DNA of 64,000 bases. Origin: Heterodontus francisci. Lineage: Eukaryota. The stretch covers positions 123,799,593 to 123,863,592 of the forward strand of contig NC_090378.1 in assembly GCF_036365525.1 (NCBI RefSeq), written 5' to 3'. This document shows, in pieces, positions 56,130 to 64,000 of the stretch (the first letter of the stretch is position 1; each line of letters starts with the position of its first letter). Under the pieces are notes generated by a model that worked only from the letters and a program-made list of their open reading frames with translations, was not told the origin of the DNA and did no database searches. A program made the translations under genes and the position numbers.

Positions 56130-56554
56130 GACATTGTGTTCTGTCCCAGGGCAGAGTCTTGGGATCCCATGGAAGAAGTGGGAGAAATAGCAATGATGGC
56201 AGTTGTTGGCACACCCAATGATTAGAAGGACCTTGGCAGTGTGCAAATAGATTTGATAGAATCTCTTCCAACTTCCAGCAGTGGGAATAAATACTGTTTA
56301 TTCTGGTTGATAACTTCACCAAATGGGTTGAGGCAGTTCCATGTAACGCAGCTACCCACTGAAGTATCTCGAAAATCCTGGTGAAGGAGATATTCTCCAG
56401 AAGGTGACTACCACGGATCATGGGATCAGATCAGGAAAGACACTTTACTGGAAAGGGAATGCCAGTGACTTTGAAACTGCTGGATATTGAAGGGAAATAG
56501 CACATAAATCATAATCCACAGTCCTCAGTAATTGTAGAGCACATGAATAAAACC
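56130..56554 (+). mobile_element. Retroviral-like integrase fossil (not in the ORF track)
   Basis: Manual translation across frameshifts: EGPWQ/VQIDLIESLPTSSSGNKYCL/ILVDNFTKWVEAVP...ILVKEIFSRR*LPRIMGSDQERHFTG...HINHNPQSSVIVEHMNKT. The second D to E spacing is exactly 35 codons. Confidence 0.85.
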
Positions 56555-56559
56555 CAATC

Positions 56560-57343
56560 GGCCCGTCATTTCTGTGAACACCTGGAAAGCATAAATGGGA
56601 TTGGACAAAGTCAGCATGGGTTTACGCAAGGGAGATCATGCTTATCAAATCGACTGGAGTTTTTTGAGGCTGTAACTAGTAGAATAGATAAGGATGATAA
56701 GGATAATAGATAATAGATAACCAGTGGATGTGGTGTATTTGGATTTTCAGAAGGCTTTTGATAAGGTCCCACGTAAGAGGTTCGTGGGCAAAATTAAAGC
56801 ACATGGGATTGGGGGTAATATATTGGCATGGAATGAGAATTGGTTTACAGACAGGAAACAGAGAATAGGAATAAATGGGTGTTTTCCGAGTGGCAGGCAG
56901 TGACTAGTGGGGTATGGCAGGGATCAGTGCTTGGGCCCCAGCTATTCACAATATCTATTAATGACTTGGGTGAGGGAACTAAATGTTTCCAAGTTTGCAG
57001 ACGACACAAAGCTGGAGGAGGGGGGCAGGGGGTGGGGTGCGAGTGATCTGTGAGAAGGATGCAAAGAGGCTTCAATGTGATTTGCACAAGTTGGATGAAT
57101 GGGCAGATGCAGTATAATGTGGATAAATGTGAAGTAATCCACTTTGGTTGTAATAATAGAAAGGCAGATTATCTGTATGGTGATAGATTGGGTAAGGGGA
57201 AGGTGCAACGAGACATGGGTGTCCTTGTGCACCAGTCACTGAAAGCAAGCATTCAGGTGCTGCAAGCAGTTAGGAAGGCAAATGGTATGTTGGCCTTCAT
57301 TGCAAGAGGATTTGAGTACCGGAGTAAGGATGTCTTACTGCAG
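56560..57343 (+). mobile_element. Older CR1 LINE, left part (RT), split by a younger CR1
   Basis: Degenerate QHGF, VYLDFQKAFDKVP, VTSGVWQGSVLGPQLF, FADDTK and NVDKCEVIHFG. Ends at ...DVLLQ. Confidence 0.9.
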
Positions 57344-59576
57344 ACGAGAGTGGTCCTAAAGGAAGGGTGCTAAATTGGGGGAAGGCCAACTATACCAAAA
57401 TTCGGCAGGAGCTGGGGAATGTAGATTGGGAGCAGCTGTTTGAAGGTAAATCCACTTTTGATATGTGGGAGGCTTTTAAAGGGAGGTTGATTAGCATACA
57501 GGAGAGACATGTTCCTGTGAAAATGAGGGGTAGAAATGGCAAGATTAGGGAACCATGGATGACAGATGAAATTGTGAGACTAGCTAAGAGGAAAAAGGAA
57601 GCACACATAAGGTCTAGGCGGCTGAAGAAAGACGAAGCTTTGAAAGAATATCGGGATTGTAGGCGCAATCTGAAACGAGGAATTAAGAGGGCTAAAAGGG
57701 GTCATGAAATATCTTTAGCAAACAGGGTGAAGGAAAATCCCAAAGCCTTTTATTCATATATAAGGAGCAAGAGGGTAACTAGAGAAAGGATTGGCCCACT
57801 CAAGGACAAAGGAGGAAAGTTATGCGTGGAGTCAGAGAAAATGGGTGAGATTCTAAACGAGTACTTTGCATCGGTATTCACCGAGGAGAGGGACATGACG
57901 GATGTTGAGGTTAGGGACAGATGTTTGATTACTCTAGGTCAAGTCGGCATAAGGAGGGAGGAAGTGTTGGGTATTCTAAAAGGCATTAAGGTGGACAAGT
58001 CCCCAGGTCCGGATGGGATCTATCCCAGGTTACTGTGGGAAGCGAGAGAGGAAATAGTTGGGGCCTTAACAGATATCTTTGCAACATCCTTAAACACGGG
58101 TGAGGTCCCGGAGGACTGGAGAATTGCTAATGTTGTCCCCTTGCTTAAGAAGGGTAGCAGGGAAAATCCAGGTAATTATAGACCGGTGAGCCTGACGTCA
58201 GTGGTAGGGAAGCTGCTGGAGAAGATACTGAGGGATAGGATCTATTCCCATCTGGAAGAAAATGGGCTTATCAGTGATAGGCAACATGGTTTTGTGCAGG
58301 GAAGGTCATGTCTTACCAACTTAATAGAATTCTTTGAGGAAGTGACAAAGTTGATTGATGAGGGAAGGGCTGTAGATGTCATATACATGGACTTCAGTAA
58401 GGCGTTTGATAAGGTTCCCCATGGTAGGCTGATGGAGAAAGTGAAGGCGCATGGGGTCCAAGGTGTACTAGCTAGATGGATAAAGAACTGGCTGGGCAAC
58501 AGGAGACAGAGAGTAGCAGTAGAAGGGAGTTTCTCAAAATGGAGACGTGTGACCAGTGGTGTTCCACAGGGATCCGTGCTGGGACCACTGTTGTTTGTGA
58601 TATACATAAATGATTTGGAGGAAAGTATAGGTGGTCTGATTAGCAAGTTTGCAGACGACACTAAGATTGGTGGAGTAGCAGATACTGAAGGGGACTGTCA
58701 GAGAATACAGCAGAATATAGATAGACTGGAGAGTTGGGCAGAGAAATGGCAGATGGAGTTCAATCAGGGCAAATGCGAGGTGATGAATTTTGGAAGATCC
58801 AATTCAAGAGTGAACTATACAGTAAATGGAAAAGTCCTGGGGAAAATTGATGTACAGAGAGATTTGGGTGTTCAGGTCCATTGTTCCCTGAAGGTGGCAA
58901 CGCAGGTCAATAGAGTGGTCAAGAAGGCATACGGCATGCTTTCCTTCATCGGACGGGGTATTGAGTACAAGAGTTGGCAGGTCATGTTACAGTTGTATAG
59001 GACTTTGGTTCGGCCACATTTGGAATACTGCGTGCAGTTCTGGTCGCCACATTACCAAAAGGATGTGGATGCTTTGGAGAGGGTGCAGAGGAGGTTCACC
59101 AGGATGTTGCCTGGTATGGAGGGCGCTAGCTATGAAGAGAGGTTGAGTAGATTAGGATTATTTTCATTAGAAAGACGGAGGTTGAGGGGGGACCTGATTG
59201 AGGTGTACAAAATCATGAGAGGTGTAGACAGGGTGGATAGCAAGAAGCTTTTTCCCAGAATGGGGGATTCAATTACAAGGGGACACGAGTTCAAAGTGAA
59301 AGGGGAAAAGTTTAGGGGGGATATGAGTGGAAAGTTCTTTACGCAGAGGGTGGTGGGTGCATGGAATGCATTACCAGCGGAGGTGGTAGACGCGGGCACG
59401 ATAGCGTCTTTTAAGATGTATCTAGACAGATACATGAATGGGCAGGAAGTAAAGAGATACAGACCCTTAGAAAATAGGCGACAGGTTTAGATAGAGGATT
59501 TGGATCGGCATAGGCTTGGAGGGCCGAAGGGCCTGTTCCTGTGCTGTAATTTTCTTTGTTCTTTGTTCTTTGTTCT
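57344..59576 (+). mobile_element. Young 5'-truncated CR1 LINE (~2.2 kb)
   Basis: Uninterrupted ORF2 portion, a short 3' UTR and a (TTCTTTG)n tail at 59,552-59,576. Confidence 0.95.
57367..59490 (+). CDS. CR1 ORF2 reverse transcriptase, 707 codons open, lacking the endonuclease and a true start
   Basis: KSPGPDGI, NYRPVSLTS, QHGF, DFSKAFDKVPH, GVPQGSVLGP, KFADDTK, DLGV and LVRPHLEYC, with no stops. Confidence 0.9.
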   Translation: MLNWGKANYTKIRQELGNVDWEQLFEGKSTFDMWEAFKGRLISIQERHVPVKMRGRNGKIREPWMTDEIVRLAKRKKEAHIRSRRLKKDEALKEYRDCRRNLKRGIKRAKRGHEISLANRVKENPKAFYSYIRSKRVTRERIGPLKDKGGKLCVESEKMGEILNEYFASVFTEERDMTDVEVRDRCLITLGQVGIRREEVLGILKGIKVDKSPGPDGIYPRLLWEAREEIVGALTDIFATSLNTGEVPEDWRIANVVPLLKKGSRENPGNYRPVSLTSVVGKLLEKILRDRIYSHLEENGLISDRQHGFVQGRSCLTNLIEFFEEVTKLIDEGRAVDVIYMDFSKAFDKVPHGRLMEKVKAHGVQGVLARWIKNWLGNRRQRVAVEGSFSKWRRVTSGVPQGSVLGPLLFVIYINDLEESIGGLISKFADDTKIGGVADTEGDCQRIQQNIDRLESWAEKWQMEFNQGKCEVMNFGRSNSRVNYTVNGKVLGKIDVQRDLGVQVHCSLKVATQVNRVVKKAYGMLSFIGRGIEYKSWQVMLQLYRTLVRPHLEYCVQFWSPHYQKDVDALERVQRRFTRMLPGMEGASYEERLSRLGLFSLERRRLRGDLIEVYKIMRGVDRVDSKKLFPRMGDSITRGHEFKVKGEKFRGDMSGKFFTQRVVGAWNALPAEVVDAGTIASFKMYLDRYMNGQEVKRYRPLENRRQV

Positions 59577-60165
59577 TTATACAGGGCCTTGGTGAGACCA
59601 CGTCTGGAGTATATTGTGCAGTTTTGGTCTCCTCATCTGAGGAAGATGTTCTTGCCATGGAGGGAGTGCAAAGAAGATTTACTAGGCTGATTCCTGGAAT
59701 GGCAGGATTGACGTATGATGAGAGAATGGATCGACTAGGCCTATATTCACTAGAGTTTAGAAGAATGAGAGGGGATCTCATAGAAACCTATAAAATTCTA
59801 ACAGGACTAGACAGGCTCGATGCAGGTAGGATGTTCCTGATGGCTGGGGAGTCCAGAACCAGGGGTCACAGTCTCAGGATATGGAGTATGGCATTTAGAA
59901 CCGAGATGAGGAGAAATTTCTTCACTCAGAGGGTGGTGAACCTGTGGAATTCTCTACCGCAGAAGGCAATGGAGGCCAAGTCATTAAAATATATTCAAGA
60001 AGGAGAAAAATATATTTCTGAATGCCAAAGGGATCAAGGGATATGGAGAGAAAGTGGGAACAGGAAACTGAATTAAACTATCAGCCATGATCTTTTTTGA
60101 ATGGCGGAGCAGGCCTGAAGGGCCGAATGGCCTATTCCTGCTCCTATTTTCTATGTTTCTATGTG
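59577..60165 (+). mobile_element. Older CR1 LINE, right part
   Basis: Resumes with TTATACAGGGCCTTGGTGAGACC (LYRALVRP), directly continuing ...CTGCAG at 57,343. Ends in a TTCTATG-type tail. Confidence 0.9.
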
Positions 60166-60249
60166 CTGGTTCTCAGAATGAGCAATTCAGAGTGTGCCAC
60201 ACTCCCGCCTTCTCCCCGTAGCCCTGCACATTCTTCCTTTTCAGACAAT

Positions 60250-60450
60250 AATAAAAAGGCAGTGGAAGCAGAGTCCTTAAATATTTTTAAGGCAGAGGGA
60301 GATAGATTCTTGATAAGGAAGAGGGAGAAAGGTTCTCAGACGGAGGTGGGAATGTGGAGTCGTGGTTACAATCAGATCAGCCATGATCTTATTGAATAGT
60401 GCAGCAGGCTCGAGGGGCCGAGTGGCCTCCTCCTGCTCCTAATTCCTATG
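60250..60450 (+). mobile_element. CR1 3' end fragment
   Basis: KAVEAESLNIFKAEGDRFL plus a 3' UTR similar to the 43,890-44,100 copy. Confidence 0.75.
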
Positions 60451-60454
60451 TTCG

Positions 60455-61170
60455 GATGCTTGTATCTGTTTCCACCACACTCTCAGACAGTGCATTTCAG
60501 ATTCTAACCACTCGCTGTGTGAAAAGGTTTTCTTCATGTCTCCATTGCTTCTTTTGCCGATTATCTTAAATCTGTGCCCTCTGGTTCTCGATCCTTCCTT
60601 CAGTGGGAGCAGTTTCTCTCTATCTGCTCTGTCCAGACCCCTCATGATTTTGAATACCTCGATCAAATCCCCTCTCAGCCCCAGCTTCTCCAATCTATCT
60701 ACATAACTGAAGTTCCTCGTTCCTGGAACTATTCTTGTGAACCTTTTCTGCACCCTCTCTAATGCCTTCACATCCTTCCTTTCGTGTGGTGCTCAGAACT
60801 GGATGCAATGCTCCAGTTGACGATGAACCGGTGTTTTATACATGTTTAACATAACTTCCTTGCTTTTGTACTCTGTGCCCTTACTGATAAAACTTAGGAT
60901 GATGTCTGCTTTATTAACCACCCTCACAACCTGTCCTGCCACTGCACTGATTTACACACATATACACCCAGGTCCCTCTGTTACTGCACCCACTTTAGAA
61001 TCTTACCCTTTATTTTATATTGTTTCTCCACATTCTTTCTACCGAAATAAATCACTTCACACATTTCTACATTAAATTCCATCTGCCACTTGTCTGCCCA
61101 TTCCACCAACCTGTCTATGTGCTTTGGAAGTTCTACACTATCCTCCTCACAATTCACAATGCTTCCAATG
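60455..61170 (-). mobile_element. CR1 LINE fragment
   Basis: Minus-strand WADKWQMEFNVEMCEVIYFGRKN...ALERVQKRFTRIVPG...RGDLIEVFKIMRGLDR. Confidence 0.88.
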
Positions 61171-62189
61171 TGATCACAAATGACAGAATCTGCCCACACT
61201 GACAGTGAGTGAACTACACAGCACATTCAGACAGACCCGAACCACATCCCTATCCTATTAAATGATGCACGAACTTTGTTTCTCAGTGAAATCAGTAATA
61301 ATCAACATCACAGGAACCAGCTCGGAAATTATTTTCGAGAAACACAATTTAACTTCAAGTACGAATGCCCAGCAAGCTGTACAAAGAATGTTACTGTTTA
61401 TAAAGCAGCAAAGCAGTGAACTGCATTAGGCCCAGGATAGTTTAACTACTTAGTAAAGGGTGCCCTCTATTGACTGTCATCACTGTCACATACACAGAAT
61501 ACACTGAACCATTAGTCATACTCAAGTATGGTCGACAGGAGTTTATAATCCACCAGGGCCCTGAGCAGACATTTGCTTCCAGGTGTCTCTTGGTCTGTTG
61601 CTCTGGAATGTTGGATGTGGGAGATACACACAAGGATATAGGAAAGCATATAACAAGAAAAGGCCATTCTGCTCATCAAGCCTGCTCCTTTCACTAACAA
61701 GGTACAAATCTTCCCTGTTCTCGATTATATTCCCACTGAATCTCAGAAGAGAAGTTTCTGTGTAAATACACTTTGATTGCCAAACATAATCAAACAAAAT
61801 TAGAGAATAGTAATTCATCTTCCCATTTTCACCCCTGGATTGCTCTCCTCGAGGGATCAATTTACTCTTTGGAATATGTTAACAGACCTCATTATCTCAA
61901 ACTGATATGGTTGTACAAAATGTACCATCCTGGATCAATGGTTTAATTGAAATTAATTTTCAATGTGTGTGTGTTCTGTGCAAATAATTCTTCACAAATC
62001 AAATTAACAATAGCATCAAATTAATCACCTCAATTGCTCCAAGGTTAAACAGGTTGACAGTGTTTGGCAACAGGCTATTCAATCATGGGGGCATCACAGG
62101 AAACCTGATTCTGTAATAATCTGACATCCCTACATACAGACTTTCTAGTGAGTAACATGTACAGTGATTGGAAACTGACACTTTAATTT

Positions 62190-62544
62190 AATTCAAGTTA
62201 GTTTAGAGTTACAGCACTGAAACAGGCCCTTCGGCCCACCGAGTCTGTGCCGACCATCAAGCACCCATTTATACTAATCCTACACTAATTCCATATTCCT
62301 ACCACATCCCCACCTGTCCCTATATTTCCCTACCACCTACCTATACTAGGGGCAATTTATAATGGCCAATTAACCTATCAACCTGCAAGTCTTTGACATG
62401 TGGGAGGAAACCGGAGCACCCGGAGGAAACCCACGCAGACACAGGGAGAACTTGCAAACTCCACACAGGCAGTGCCCAGAATTGAACCTGGGTCGCTGGA
62501 GCTGTGAGGCTGCGGTGCTAACCACTGCGCCACTGTGCCGCCCC
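62190..62544 (-). mobile_element. tRNA-derived V-SINE (HE1-like)
   Basis: Minus strand: GGGGCGGCACAGTGGCGCAGTGGTTAGC (A box), GGTTCAATTC (B box), V-domain GTGGGTTTCCTCCGGGTGCTCCGGTTTCCTCCCACA, and a CR1-like tail GGGCCGAAGGGCCTGTTTC. Confidence 0.88.
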
Positions 62545-62619
62545 AAGTTTTTATATAAAACTCACAAACTCCTGTTAAAATGCATTTGTGAAGTTACCAA
62601 ATATTGTCTTGTATTCCTC

Positions 62620-63000
62620 TGAGTTTAGAAAGTTGAACAGATGATTTAATTAAGGTGCTTAAAGTAATAAAAGGATTTGATAGGTTTGATAAGAGAAGTT
62701 ATTTTATCAAGTTCGGGAATCCACAACAAGGTGACATAATCCTAAAATTAGAAGATTCGAAATCAGGAAGTACTTCTTCACACAAAGGGTGGTGGAAATT
62801 GGAATTCTCTCCTCTAAAACATTGGAGATGTTGGTCAATTGACATTTTAAAGGCAGAGATTGACTGATATTTATTAGATAAGAATAACAAGGAATATGGA
62901 TCAAAGGCAGGTAACTGGAGTACAGATCAGACATGATTGAACTGAATGATGGAACAGTCTTGAAGGGGCTGAATGGCCTACCCCTGTTCCTATATTCTAC
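62620..63000 (+). mobile_element. Decayed CR1 3' end
   Basis: LKVIKGFDR...FKAEID remnants and a GGGGCTGAATGGCCTAC...TCCTAT tail. Confidence 0.7.
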
Positions 63001-63639
63001 ATAGCAGAGTAACAGTTAAGTGCTCATTTGGAGGCTCATATCTGGGGCTTTGTTCTTTGCTGGGTTTCTGCTTCTGTGTTTACTTCCCGAGATAATAAAC
63101 ACAAAACACAACTTCACAAATTGAGTCAGAAGCAGCATCTTCAGCTACAGATGAAAGTTGATTTTCGCTGCCAGTTCAAAGTGCAGCACATTAGGGTCAT
63201 TACAGTCGTAACCTTGGAGCGACTTCCAATTTCCACCAGCTGCTCCTGAGGAGTATCGATAAGAGGGAGACGGACAAGTCCCCACCCTCCCCCGCTCTCC
63301 TCCACATGTGGGGGGTGGGGAATAGGTGCTTAACCGTGGTTGCAGCAGGGGGGCTAAATTTTGCTCAGGGTGGGAATACGACATTATTCCCGACTGTCCG
63401 ATTCTGCTCCCTTTCCCAGACCATGGTGCCATTGACAGGAAACACTGGGTCACTAAACACTGGGCGGACACATACAGCAATTTTACAGAATAAAAATTGG
63501 GTCACACTCACATTCACCTGTGTCTAAAGAATATTCTTGGTCTGATGTTGGATATTGAATCATCAGGTAACAGAAATAGGTCCTTGGTATTTATTCTGGA
63601 AAAAGTAAATCCCAACAATTACTTCCAATTAAATTATGA

Positions 63640-63870
63640 CAAGAGCGAGAGGCCACACATTCAAACTAGTTAAAGGCAGCTTCAGGACTAATATCAAGGA
63701 GTCTTTCTTCACATCAGAGTGACTAATCATGGAATGGATTCCCAGATAAAGTAATGGAAATGAAAGTCATGGAAGAACCAGCTGGATGCTGCATTGGGGA
63801 GACTTTAGAGTCATCATCAATGGAGGAGTTAAGGTGGGCCGAATGGCCTTCCTCTTCCATTAATATCTTG
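63640..63870 (+). mobile_element. Highly decayed CR1 3' end
   Basis: TTCTTCACATCAGAGTG...GGAAT...CTGGATGC...GGGCCGAATGGCCTTCCTC pattern. Confidence 0.55.
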
Positions 63871-64000
63871 TAATATATAGAGGAAAGGGGCAATGTCTGT
63901 CATCGTAAATGAAAGAACTGGATATTGAGGATTAGTGACTTGTTGAAACTGAAGTGTTCACACTCTTTGTTTCAGAGACAGGATCAGTGACACCTACAAT

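Noticed and set aside
62470-62544. tRNA gene (also 37,245-37,320)
   Set aside because: The A/B boxes belong to SINE heads that continue into V- or Deu-domain bodies.
61170-64000. Short ORFs in the distal non-repeat DNA
   Set aside because: No recognisable domains or convincing exon structure; small exons cannot be excluded by eye.

Overview
Eukaryotic, repeat-dense DNA from a cartilaginous fish (shark-type Ig and SINE/LINE content), not a prokaryote. Bases 1-32,155 are one 61-bp tandem satellite (~525 copies) with nested higher-order duplications; all ORFs there are artefacts. After a short unique island, a Tx1 fragment and a 161-N gap, there is a kappa-type (shark type III/NS4-like) immunoglobulin light-chain J-C unit on the + strand. 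It has a 23-bp-spacer RSS (35076-35114), an intact J (FTFGKGTKLRL, donor GTAAGT at 35150), a 7.7-kb TE-filled intron and an intact C exon (42873-43201) with polyA signals. No V segment, leader or V-RSS was found in the readable sequence, and the J nonamer carries two substitutions in its A-tract, so the unit may be an orphan J-C, or the V may be lost at the gap. Downstream is nested mobile DNA: a 45-bp minisatellite split by CR1, a Gypsy element broken by a hAT element, a Tx1 LINE, a retroviral-like integrase fossil, a young CR1 with a 707-codon open frame inside an older CR1, and Deu- and V-type SINEs. I see no convincing wholly new biological system; the V-less J-C unit is the best lead. TE family names come from motif recognition, not database searches, and TE boundaries are approximate.
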